A DNA stretch of 64,000 nucleotides from Nitrosotalea sp. (GCA_035519555.1 DATIWG010000074.1:1292-65291); one strand, 5' to 3'; shown: positions 47,650-60,113, numbered from the stretch's first letter. Notes: a model not told the origin generated them from the letters alone. Numbers and translations are program-made.

Positions 47650-48271
47650 CTCCTCGACGGGCCAGGTACTCGTCGACCGCCCGCACCACCTCGACGTGCA
47701 GGACGTCGGCGTCGCGGCCCGCGTCGAGCACCACGACCCGGCGCTTGTCGCTCCGCGCGATCTCGAGATATCCCTCGCGCACGCGCCGGTGGAAGGAGAG
47801 GTCCATCTTCTCGAACGTGTCGAGCGCGCGCGCGCGGATGCGCTGCATGCCGACCGCCGGGTCCAGATCCAGCACCAGCGTGAGGTCCGGCAGCACCCCG
47901 CCGGTGGCGAGCATGTTCAGCTCCTTGATGGTTTGCACGTCCATGCCCTGCCCATAACCCTGGTAGGCCACCGTCGCGTCGGCGTAACGATCCGAGATCA
48001 CCACCGCGCCGCGCGCCAGCGCGGGCGCGATCACACGCGTGACGTGCTCCTGACGGGCCGCCATGAAGAGAAAGGTCTGGGTCAGCGGCGTCGGCGTCGG
48101 GCCGTCGGCCTCGAACAGCGCACGAACGCGCAGGCCCAGCGGCGTGCCGTCGGGCTCACTGGTCTGGACAACTTCGAGGCCCCGGCCGGACAAATAGCGT
48201 GCGAGACGCGCGCACTGGGTCGATTTCCCCGAGCCCTCGACGCCTTCGACCGTGACCAGCGCCCCTCGCAT
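47633..48271 (-). CDS. tmk: dTMP (thymidylate) kinase
   Basis: From ATG 48271. LVTVEGVEGSGKSTQ P-loop, SDRYADATVAYQG, LVLDLD. Confidence 0.9.
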   Translation of the reverse strand: MRGALVTVEGVEGSGKSTQCARLARYLSGRGLEVVQTSEPDGTPLGLRVRALFEADGPTPTPLTQTFLFMAARQEHVTRVIAPALARGAVVISDRYADATVAYQGYGQGMDVQTIKELNMLATGGVLPDLTLVLDLDPAVGMQRIRARALDTFEKMDLSFHRRVREGYLEIARSDKRRVVVLDAGRDADVLHVEVVRAVDEYLARRGDAGGA

Positions 48272-48420
48272 GGGCGTAACTGTAACACACTGATTTGCCG
48301 GGGGCCGCGTCGCCACCATCGTGCCGGCTCAGGGAAATTCGTTCCCTAGTCCTGGCCAAATCGGTTCCTAACGCAAGGCAGCGTAAGGCGCTCGGGCAGG
48401 CATTTCGGCGGCTTTCCCCG

Positions 48421-48436
48421 TGGCCCGGCTCTTGCT
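48421..48436 (+). promoter_or_regulatory. sigma-54 (-24/-12)-like promoter candidate
   Basis: TGGCCC-GGCTC-TTGCT has the exact GG-N10-GC spacing of TGGCAC-N5-TTGCW. It lies in the only long, lower-GC intergenic region, about 180 nt upstream of ATG 48617. Palindrome AGGGAA-N5-TTCCCT (48331-48347) lies about 75 nt upstream of it. Confidence 0.3.
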
Positions 48437-48690
48437 CTACCAATGAAACGCCCGGAGCGGAGCGCGGGTTAACAAAGCACGGGTCCCTCGCCACACACCG
48501 GTTCTGAGCGAGGGAGACCCGCCTCCGCTCTCGGGTCCAAACATCTCGCGCACGCGCGGGGTGGGCGGGAGAAACGAAGAGCAGGATCCGAGCGTCGTAG
48601 TGATGAGAGGGCAAACATGAACTCACGCATCACGCACGTGGGGCTCGCGGGACTGATCAGGACGGCGGTGCTCGTCGGACTGGGGGCGAT

Positions 48691-49047
48691 ATGGCTACTG
48701 GGTGCTTGACGCTACACGGTGTAGGTCTCCGGGGCCGCACGCTCGGCTGGAAAGCAGAGCGGTGCACGAACCCCGACAGCTGTGAGCTGCATCTCTGCGT
48801 CTCGGACGGCCGCGGCGGCTACTGGCATCCCGACGATCCGCTGGCCTTCGCCAAGTGGCGCATCCGCGCCGATCTCGACGTCATCCCGGCCCACGTGCTG
48901 GTCAAGGTAGGCCGCGGCTGGGATCTGATCCGGCGCGGCGCGGTGGTGGGCGCAGTCGGACTCGGCGGCGCCGCGGCGGTGCTCGGCGTGCTCTGGGGAC
49001 GTCAGAGGCGCTTTTCCATGAAGACGCTGAGCGGATCCGGCGCGTAG
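48691..49047 (+). CDS. hypothetical Cys-rich protein with C-terminal TM anchor
   Basis: Track ORF. Third-position GC becomes coding-like after about codon 10. C-terminal GAVVGAVGLGGAAAVLGVLWG helix. Overlaps the convergent GNAT gene by 46 nt. No family recognised. Confidence 0.35.
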   Translation: MATGCLTLHGVGLRGRTLGWKAERCTNPDSCELHLCVSDGRGGYWHPDDPLAFAKWRIRADLDVIPAHVLVKVGRGWDLIRRGAVVGAVGLGGAAAVLGVLWGRQRRFSMKTLSGSGA

Positions 49048-49460
49048 TCGCCGAAGGGCTCGCGCTCGGCGTAGCCTGCCGAGCGATAGAGCCCGAGCGC
49101 CTCGGGCTGGTGAATGCCCGTCTCGAGGCGCACACAGTCGAGACCTTCCTGCCGCGCCTGCTCCTCGATCCGGTCCAGGAGGCGCCGGCCCAGCCGGATG
49201 CCGCGCGCCGCCGGCGTCACGAACAGCCGCTTCAGCTCGCCGTAACCGGCCGCGTCGATGCGCAGCGCCGCGCAGCCCACCGCGGCGACTCCCCGACGGG
49301 CGACCAGGAACCGGATGTTCGGGGCGGCCAGCGCCTCGACGTCGAGGAAGTGGTTGCTCTCCGGGGGGTACAGCGCGCTCTGGTACGCGTCGAGCTCTTC
49401 CAGCAGGCGCGTCACGTCGGCCTGGCGCGGCGATTCCAGCCTCAGCGTGACGTCGGTCAT
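49002..49460 (-). CDS. GNAT family N-acetyltransferase
   Basis: From ATG 49460 (ATGA overlap with the upstream gene). ELKRLFVTPAARGIRLGRRLLDRIEEQARQEG is acetyl-CoA motif A. Confidence 0.85.
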   Translation of the reverse strand: MTDVTLRLESPRQADVTRLLEELDAYQSALYPPESNHFLDVEALAAPNIRFLVARRGVAAVGCAALRIDAAGYGELKRLFVTPAARGIRLGRRLLDRIEEQARQEGLDCVRLETGIHQPEALGLYRSAGYAEREPFGDYAPDPLSVFMEKRL

Positions 49461-50332
49461 CTCACACGCAGCCGACGCTCGGCGCGCCGGGCGACCGCCC
49501 AGTACCGGAGCGCGGGCGGAGCGAGCGGAAGCGCCCGGCGCGTGACGGCGGCCAGGACCCGAAGCGCACGCTCCCGCCGCCGGTCCCAGGAAAGCCCGTA
49601 CGCGGCGCGAACCGTGGGAGGCAGCAGACCCACCGTCGGCAGGGCGGCCAACCAGAGCGCGGGCCCGAGCACGCGGGAGGCGGATGGCGCCAGGATCTCC
49701 CGCGAGAGGCCGCGGGCGGTATCGGTGACCTCGATCGCACCAGACGCCAGCATCGTCTCGAGATAGTCGTGCAGATGCGCCTCGGTGCGGGGCAGATGGC
49801 CGGCCGGGATCCCGAGATGCATCTCGATCCCGCTCGCCTCCCCGCAGTACCGATCGGCGGCGGCCGGGCTGATCGGCCCCACGAAGAGCCGGTAGGCGAG
49901 GAGGAAGGAGTCCAGCAGGGTGGCGTGCACCCAGGTCAGCAGGGCCGGATCGTGAGCGCTGTAGCCGGCGCCGGCCGGGGCTCCGCCGGCGGGCTCGCCG
50001 AGCCGGCCATGCACACGGTCGTGGATGGCGTTGATCCGCGAGGCCGCGGCGCTGGCCTCCTCGGCCGGTCCGAAGGTGAGCGCGAGCATCGAGCGCAGGG
50101 TCCGGTGCAGGCGTCGGAGCCGGCCCCAGGGCTCGGTCGTGAAGGCGCTGTGCTCGGCAACCCCCCGGGCCACCATCGGGTGCGCGATCTGGAGCAGGAT
50201 CGCCCGGCCCCATCCCGCGAGCAGCACGCGCTCGCGATGGATTGTCCACGCCACGCCGCGGCCCGCGATACCATCGGGTTCGGGCCGATCGGCGACTGCA
50301 GACCGATCGGAGACTGCAAGCAGATCGGGCAT
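49457..50332 (-). CDS. oxygenase MpaB family (DUF2236) protein
   Basis: ERVLLAGWGRAILLQIAHPMVARGVAEHS, INAIHDRVHG, LTWVHATL blocks. The start is uncertain because codons 2-17 coincide with a tandem DNA repeat. Confidence 0.75.
   Translation of the reverse strand: MPDLLAVSDRSAVADRPEPDGIAGRGVAWTIHRERVLLAGWGRAILLQIAHPMVARGVAEHSAFTTEPWGRLRRLHRTLRSMLALTFGPAEEASAAASRINAIHDRVHGRLGEPAGGAPAGAGYSAHDPALLTWVHATLLDSFLLAYRLFVGPISPAAADRYCGEASGIEMHLGIPAGHLPRTEAHLHDYLETMLASGAIEVTDTARGLSREILAPSASRVLGPALWLAALPTVGLLPPTVRAAYGLSWDRRRERALRVLAAVTRRALPLAPPALRYWAVARRAERRLRVR
50285..50329. repeat. 18-nt tandem direct repeat, about 2.5 copies
   Basis: CCGATCGGCGACTGCAGA (50285-50302), CCGATCGGAGACTGCAAG (50303-50320), CAGATCGGG (50321-50329). 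Each unit carries a GATCGG core (the first two carry the CGATCG palindrome). Lies between or over the divergent mpaB-like and Sec-Prx starts. Confidence 0.7.
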
Positions 50333-50437
50333 GGACGCATTATGACGCGGCCGGGCAACTTCCGCCCCGCCGGGAAACTTCTACTGGTCGCCGGTCGTTG
50401 TGTGGTCGTCACCCCTCACTCTGGAAAGGAGAGCGCC

Positions 50438-50977
50438 ATGCGTCGAGCTGCCCCGCTGCTGGTCATGGCCCTGCTGCTGACCGGGCTGGTTCTGCCGGTC
50501 GCCGCCCTGGAAGTCGGCCAGAAGGCGCCCGACTTCACCCTGTCGGCCCCCGGCGGCAAGAAGGTCAATCTGTCGGACCTCACCGCCAAGGGACCCGTCG
50601 TCATCTTCACCTTCATCCAGGCCTTCACCGGCACCTGAACCAAGGAACTGCTCGGCTTCGAGGGGGCCCTGCCCCAGTTCGAGGCCGCCGGCGCCCAGGT
50701 CGTGGGCGTGAGTGCCGACCATGTCGCAACGCTGGAAGCCTGGGGCAAGCAGAACAAGATCAGCTACCTCCTGCTGTCCGATTTCGGCCGCACGATGCTT
50801 CCGGCCTACGACGCGATGGTCACCGACGAGAAGAGCCCGATCTTCCGGTACGCCAAGCGCGCGTACTACGTGATCGACAAGAACGGGGTGGTCCGCTGGG
50901 CCAAGATCCAGACGAACGCTCTCGACCTGCTCGACCCCGCCGACGTGCTCAAGGCGCTGAAGGACTCGGGCGTCTGA
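50438..50977 (+). CDS. exported AhpC/TSA-family peroxiredoxin with selenocysteine at the peroxidatic position (TGA 50636-50638 read as Sec); no Cys residues
   Basis: AAGGAG RBS then ATG 50438. MRRAAPLLVMALLLTGLVLPVAA signal peptide. ...VVIFTFIQAFTGT-U-TKELLGF... continues in frame into track ORF 50702..50977. U occupies the FTxxCTxE peroxidatic site. Confidence 0.85.
50645..50680 (+). other. candidate SECIS region for the exported Prx UGA
   Basis: GAACTG (50645-50650) pairs with CAGTTC (50675-50680). These enclose small GC stems CTCG-GCTT-CGAG (50651-50662) and GGGGC-CCT-GCCCC (50663-50675). The exact fold is ambiguous. Confidence 0.35.
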
Positions 50978-51531
50978 TGGTCGTCACGCGCGCCGCCGGT
51001 GGCCTGATCGCGGCGGCGCTCTGGGCCACGGCCGCGGCGGCGCAGCCCGCCGCCGCGCCGCCGGCCTGGGAGAAGATGGGCGTGCAGACGTACGAGCCGC
51101 CCAAGCCCGCGCCCGTCTTCGCCCTGCCCGCTCTCGACGGCCATACGGTGCGGCTCGAGGACTTCAAGGGCAAGGCGCTCGTCCTCTTCTTCTGGGCCAC
51201 GTGGTGACCGGACTGCCGGGAGGAGTTGCCTTCCGTCAACCGGTTGTACCAGGAGTTCAAGGGCCAGGGGCTCGAGGTCCTGCTGATCTCCTTCCGCGAG
51301 AGCGCCGACCTGGTGAAGCGCACCGCGGCCGAGCGCGGCTACACCGCGCCCGTGCTCCTCGACGCGTCCGGTGACGTCACGGGGCGAATCTACGGCGTGT
51401 GGGGGCCACCCACCGCCTACTTCGTGAACCGCGAAGGGCGTCTCGTCGGCCGGTTGATGGGGGCCAAGGACTGGAGCAGCCCCGCCGCGCGCGACCTGAT
51501 CCGCTCGCTCGTCGCCCCGGCGCCCCGCTGA
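50977..51531 (+). CDS. exported TlpA/ResA-like thioredoxin-fold protein with U-x-x-C active site (TGA 51205-51207 read as Sec)
   Basis: ATG 50977 overlaps the upstream TGA (TGATG). Signal-like GGLIAAALWATAAAAQP. ...ALVLFFWATW-U-PDCREELP... continues in frame into track ORF 51226..51531. It matches WxxWCxxC of TlpA/ResA, with U replacing the first Cys. Confidence 0.85.
51219..51234 (+). other. candidate SECIS hairpin for the TlpA-like UGA
   Basis: GGAGG-AGUUGC-CUUCC: a 5-bp stem (one G-U pair), 12 nt after UGA. An alternative CCGG-ACUG-CCGG lies at 51208-51219. Confidence 0.4.
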
Positions 51532-51541
51532 GCCGCCCCGG

Positions 51542-52111
51542 CTAGCCGCGCCCCGCCGCCAGCGGGGGCGGGCCCCCCTGATCCCGGGGAGCCCCGGCCA
51601 TCGCGATGAGCGCCCGCACCAGATCGGTGAGCGCGGCACGGGCGGCCGGATCCACGAGCCGGCCGTCCTGGAAGTGGCCGGACTCGAGGTAGACGCTCGT
51701 GGGCACCACCAGCGCGCCGAACCACGCGAGCACGCCGCGAAGCTGCCAGTCCACGCCGAGGTAGTGGTGCGGCGTGGCGCCCATCGCGACGATGCCCACC
51801 GGCTTGGCCCGCAGCGCCTCCAGCGGGGTGAGGTCGAGGAGGTTCTTGAGCGCCCCGGTGTACGACGCGCGGTAGACCGGGCTCGCCAGCAGGACCGCGT
51901 CGGCTGCGGCGAGCGCGCCGACCACGCGCGCCGTGTCGTCGGTGAAGCGATCGAGCGGCCGCCCGTCCGCGAACGAGACGCGGTGCTCGCCGAGGCTGAG
52001 CACGGTGACCGCGATGCCGGGCTCCGCGGCGGCGGTCTCCGCCGCGAACCGCACCGCCGCGTCGAGGCGGCCCGGTGGGGTGACCGCGCCGACGACCACG
52101 GCGAGCCTCAT
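51542..52111 (-). CDS. NAD(P)H-dependent FMN reductase (SsuE-like)
   Basis: From ATG 52111 (ATGA overlap). LASPVYRASYTGALKNLLD is the typical FMN_red block. Confidence 0.85.
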   Translation of the reverse strand: MRLAVVVGAVTPPGRLDAAVRFAAETAAAEPGIAVTVLSLGEHRVSFADGRPLDRFTDDTARVVGALAAADAVLLASPVYRASYTGALKNLLDLTPLEALRAKPVGIVAMGATPHHYLGVDWQLRGVLAWFGALVVPTSVYLESGHFQDGRLVDPAARAALTDLVRALIAMAGAPRDQGGPPPLAAGRG

Positions 52112-53202
52112 GCCGCCGGACGATCGCGCTCGCGGCGCGCCACCTCGGCGCGGACCAGCGGGATCAGCTCGCGGCCGTAGTCGGCGGCGTCGTTGAGCGG
52201 GTCGAAGCCGCGGATCAGGAGCGTGGTGACGCCGAGCTCGTAGTAGTCGAGCAGCGCCTCGGTCACCTGCTCGGGCGTGCCGACGAGCGCGGTGGTGTTG
52301 CCCGCGCCGCCGACCGCGGCCGCGATCGGCGTCCACAGCCGCTTGTCGTGCACCTCGGACTGCTGCGCGAAGTCCACCAGTCGCCGGGCGCCCACCGCCT
52401 CGGGCGCGGGCAGCGTGCGGTCGCCCTGCTTGGCCCGTACCCGCTCGAGGATGCTCCGGGCCTTGGCCCACGCCTGCTCCTCGGTCGGGGCGATGATCGG
52501 CCGGAGCGAGACGCTGAAGCGCAGATCGAGGGGCTCACGGCCGTGGCGCGCCGCCACCGCGCGCAGCGTCGCGATACGCTCGCGGATCGCGGTGAGCGGC
52601 TCGCCCCAGAGCATGTAGACCGCGCAGTGCCGGGCTCCGATCTGGTGCGCGGCCTCGGAGGCGCCGCCGAAGTAGAGCGGGATGTGCGGCGTCTGCCGCG
52701 GCTTCACGTCCGAGTAGGCCGCGGTGACGCGATAGAACTCGCCCGCGTGGTCGAACGGCCGCTCCTCCGTCCACATCCGGCGCATCAGGCCCAGGTACTC
52801 GTCGGTCCGGCGGTAGCGGGTGTCGTGCCCGACGAAATCGCCGTCCCGCGCCTGATCCGCGTCGCTGCCGCCGGTGATGATGTGCAGCGCGATGCGCCCG
52901 CCGGAGAGCTGGTCGAGCGTGGCCGCCTTGCGCGCGGCCAGCGTCGGAGCCACGAAGCCGGGCCGATGAGCGATCAGATAGCCGAGGCGCTCGGTGTGGG
53001 CCGCCGCATAACCCGAGACCAGGAAGCCGTCCGCCGAGGTCGACGTGTAGCCGACCAGGACCTTGTCGAATCCGGCCGCCTCGTGGGTCCTCGAGAAGTC
53101 GCGGATCCACGCCATGTCGATCGCGCCGCCGATCACGTGGACAGCCGCCCCGTCGGCGCCCTCCGGTCTCACCCCGATCATCCCGATGAACTCGATGGCC
53201 AT
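52108..53202 (-). CDS. LLM-class flavin-dependent monooxygenase (SsuD-like)
   Basis: From ATG 53202 after GAGAGGAG. Luciferase-like TIM-barrel pattern (LDQLSGGRIALHIITG, YFGGASEAA, LIRGFDP). Paired with an FMN reductase. Confidence 0.85.
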   Translation of the reverse strand: MAIEFIGMIGVRPEGADGAAVHVIGGAIDMAWIRDFSRTHEAAGFDKVLVGYTSTSADGFLVSGYAAAHTERLGYLIAHRPGFVAPTLAARKAATLDQLSGGRIALHIITGGSDADQARDGDFVGHDTRYRRTDEYLGLMRRMWTEERPFDHAGEFYRVTAAYSDVKPRQTPHIPLYFGGASEAAHQIGARHCAVYMLWGEPLTAIRERIATLRAVAARHGREPLDLRFSVSLRPIIAPTEEQAWAKARSILERVRAKQGDRTLPAPEAVGARRLVDFAQQSEVHDKRLWTPIAAAVGGAGNTTALVGTPEQVTEALLDYYELGVTTLLIRGFDPLNDAADYGRELIPLVRAEVARRERDRPAA

Positions 53203-53357
53203 CAGCTTCTCCTCTCGGCGGGAAGCGCCGCGCGTGACGCGATGCACTCGGCCAGGTGCGCGGCATCGTCCCCCACGCCGCAGAGCACCGGCCGCGCTCC
53301 AGGATCACCGTCTCGTGCCGCTCGCTCATGACCCGACAAGGCTACGGAGGCGCGCGT

Positions 53358-57637
<4,280 letters not shown>

Positions 57638-57641
<4 letters not shown>

Positions 57642-57931
57642 CGACCGAGGGCGTTGTTCAGGCCGCGGGTCTGGATGCCGCCGGTCACGTCGGGGTCGAC
57701 GTCCGGACGGCGGGGCGGAGTGGGCTGGGCCTTGCGGAGCACCTCGTCGGTCCGCCGGCGGTCGATCTCCCGCACCGCCTGCGCCGTGTCTTCCTCGAGC
57801 TTCTTCGGTGGCACCGGCCGGAGAGCAGGGGTGCGCGGCTTGTAGTCGAGATCGATCGAGCCCGACTTGCTCTGAGCCGGGACGGCTCCGGCACTCACCA
57901 CGACGATCAGCAGGGCCAGCAGGGTCCTCAT
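57638..57931 (-). CDS. hypothetical small secreted protein
   Basis: Signal peptide MRTLLALLIVVVSAGAVPAQS, then a Pro/Arg-rich mature part. No family recognised. Confidence 0.5.
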
Positions 57932-57982
57932 GACTCCCTCCGGTCTAGAGGGTAGGCACCGCCGAGCCAGCCTGTCAAACTC

Positions 57983-58654
57983 TCAGGCGCCGAAGACCAC
58001 CCGGGTACCGGTCGACGGCATGATCAGCTTGGCCGGCATCTCCCGGTAGACCGCCATGATCGTGTTGAGCCCGGTGCAGTGGGCCGGGACGATGTAGTCG
58101 GGGTCGATCGCCTTGAAGGCGGCGACGGTCTTGGCCACGACCTCCTCGGGCGCCGGCGCGAGGTGGAAGCCTCCGACCACCGCGTGGACCTTCTCGATGC
58201 CGGTCGCCTTCTGCACCTGTCGCACCGAGTTGATGACCCCGGCGTGTCCGCACGAGGTGATCACGACGAGCCCGCGGTCCTTCAGGTTGAAGGCGGTCGC
58301 GTGCTCGCCCTGGAAGTTGTCGGCGACCAGATCGCCCGGCTTGGCCTCGACCTTCACGAGCCCGAAGTGGGTGGCCGAGCATGCCGAGTCGGCCGCGCCC
58401 GCGCGCAGCCGCGCCGCCGCGGGGGGCTTCTCGAAGTCGGTCAGCCGCGAGATCTGGCCGGACGTGAACGCCTGTCCGGCCACGACGCTCGGCTGTCGGG
58501 CCAGGACCACCTGGAGACCGCGCGTCTCGAGACCCACCCGGTCGAGCTGCCCCTGGTCGACGGTGGCCGCGGGCGTCACCACCACCCGGTGGCAGAAGGT
58601 GTCCTCGCCGCCTGCGTAGACCGTGAGGCCGGGCTTGAACTTGCCTCCATCCAT
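57983..58654 (-). CDS. N-terminally truncated MBL-fold (COG1237-like) paralog; possible gene remnant
   Basis: Aligns by eye to residues ~98-319 of the 32326..33282 gene (GLVVITSCGHAGV, KVHAVVGGFHL, VPAHCTGL). It starts 3 nt after the MscS stop and lacks the HxHxDH-containing N-terminal ~97 aa. Confidence 0.6.
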   Translation of the reverse strand: MDGGKFKPGLTVYAGGEDTFCHRVVVTPAATVDQGQLDRVGLETRGLQVVLARQPSVVAGQAFTSGQISRLTDFEKPPAAARLRAGAADSACSATHFGLVKVEAKPGDLVADNFQGEHATAFNLKDRGLVVITSCGHAGVINSVRQVQKATGIEKVHAVVGGFHLAPAPEEVVAKTVAAFKAIDPDYIVPAHCTGLNTIMAVYREMPAKLIMPSTGTRVVFGA

Positions 58655-58657
58655 GCT

Positions 58658-59467
58658 TTACGGCGTGGAATTGACCAGCCGGACCTCTTGCCGGGGAACC
58701 GGCACCGCGATGCCGGCGACCCCGAAGCGCTCGGCGAGAGCCCGGTACATCTCGCCCTCCGCGGTGACCACGTCGGGAACCCGGACCCAGGGATGGATCC
58801 CGACCCGGATCCCGCCCACCTCGATCTGGGCCACCCCGATCACCGGGGAGGGCTGCGGCAGCACTCTCGGATTGGCCGTGACCACTTCACGCACCAGGGC
58901 CAGCACGGCGGCGAGGTCCGATCCGTGAGGCACCGTGACGGTCAGATGCAGCTGCCGCATCGTCCCGAAGTTGTGCAGGATCTCGCCCACGATCTTCCGG
59001 TTCGGAATGATGATCCGCGACTGGTCGGGGTGGACCAGCGTGGTCGAGAACAGCTCGATCGTGTGCACGTCTCCCTTCATGCCCACGATCTCGATGTGCT
59101 CGCCCACCCGGAACGGCTTGGTGAAGACGATGGTCAGGCCGGCGATCACGTTGCCGAGCACGCCCTGCAGGGCGATACCGATGCCGAGGCCGGCCACCCC
59201 GATTCCGGCCACCAGCGGAGCGATCTGGAAACCGAACTTGTCCAGCGCGATGACCAGCGCGAACAGCAGCACGACGACTCTCACGACCCGCACGATGAGC
59301 CGGAGCAGTGGCGGCTCGATCGCCATGCGGGTGAGCGGGCGCTCGACCGCGCTGCCCACCCACCACGCGACGAGGAACCCCACGAAGAGGATGACGATCG
59401 CGCCCAGCACCTGGAATCCGTAGCGGATGGCCAGATCCAGGATCAGATCTTGGGCCGGCATCGTCAT
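58658..59467 (-). CDS. mechanosensitive ion channel family protein (MscS-type)
   Basis: Three TM helices, then the conserved FRVGEHIEIVGMKGDVHTIELFSTTL beta-domain. Confidence 0.9.
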   Translation of the reverse strand: MTMPAQDLILDLAIRYGFQVLGAIVILFVGFLVAWWVGSAVERPLTRMAIEPPLLRLIVRVVRVVVLLFALVIALDKFGFQIAPLVAGIGVAGLGIGIALQGVLGNVIAGLTIVFTKPFRVGEHIEIVGMKGDVHTIELFSTTLVHPDQSRIIIPNRKIVGEILHNFGTMRQLHLTVTVPHGSDLAAVLALVREVVTANPRVLPQPSPVIGVAQIEVGGIRVGIHPWVRVPDVVTAEGEMYRALAERFGVAGIAVPVPRQEVRLVNSTP

Positions 59468-59503
59468 CTCCCGGTCATACGCGGGTCGTGAGAGCGAATC
59501 ACC

Positions 59504-60085
59504 TTACTTCTCCTTGGTCAGGAACGTGTCGTTGCGGTTCTTCGACCAGCAGGCCTCGTTCTTCTCGGTGCAGACCGGCCGCTCCTTACCGTAGGAGATC
59601 GTGGTGATGCGGCTGGCCTCGATGCCGTTGGCGACCAGATAGTTCATCGCCGACTTGGCTCGCCGCTCGCCGAGGGCCAGGTTGTACTCGGCGGTCCCTC
59701 GCTCGTCACAGTGCCCCTCGATCAGCACGAGCTGATTGGGGTTGGCCTTGAGGTACGCGGCGCTCGCATCGAGCACCTTCGCGTCGGCGGGACGGATGTC
59801 CGACTTGTCGAAGGCGAAGAAGACCTGCTTGAGCGCGTCGTTGGCGCGGTATTCCTTCGGCGGGGCGGGCGGCGGCGTGGGCGCCACGGTCGGCGGAGCC
59901 ACCGGAGCCGGAGCGGGGGCGGGCGGCGGGGGCGCCGGCGTCGGTGGTGCCGCCGCAGGCGGCGGCACGGGCGGGGGCGCACTGGCCTGGGTCATCGCGG
60001 GCCGCTTCGGACATCCGGCGAGTAGCAGCGTCAGCGAGAGCACCGGAAGCACCGTCAGCACTGAACGAAGTGGGCGTCTAGTCAT
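59504..60085 (-). CDS. pal: peptidoglycan-associated lipoprotein (OmpA family)
   Basis: Lipobox LLLAGC, Pro/Ala linker, FDKSDIRPAD...IEGHCDERGTAEYNLALGERRA...VSYGKERP. Confidence 0.85.
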   Translation of the reverse strand: MTRRPLRSVLTVLPVLSLTLLLAGCPKRPAMTQASAPPPVPPPAAAPPTPAPPPPAPAPAPVAPPTVAPTPPPAPPKEYRANDALKQVFFAFDKSDIRPADAKVLDASAAYLKANPNQLVLIEGHCDERGTAEYNLALGERRAKSAMNYLVANGIEASRITTISYGKERPVCTEKNEACWSKNRNDTFLTKEK

Positions 60086-60113
60086 TTGGATGACCTCCTG
60101 GGGTGTCGTGGCG

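Noticed and set aside
48705-48707. TGA ending the 30-aa ORF considered as a fifth Sec codon
   Set aside because: Read-through adds only R-Y-T-V before TAG. There is no redox motif, no family context and no obvious downstream hairpin.
59850-60000. Apparent DNA-level repetitiveness (GGCGG/GGGGC runs) in pal, and similarly at 60590..60700 in the LysM/TPR gene
   Set aside because: It encodes Pro/Ala-rich linkers (PPPVPPPAAAPPTPAPPPPAP...) typical of envelope lipoproteins. This is low-complexity coding sequence rather than a discrete repeat element.
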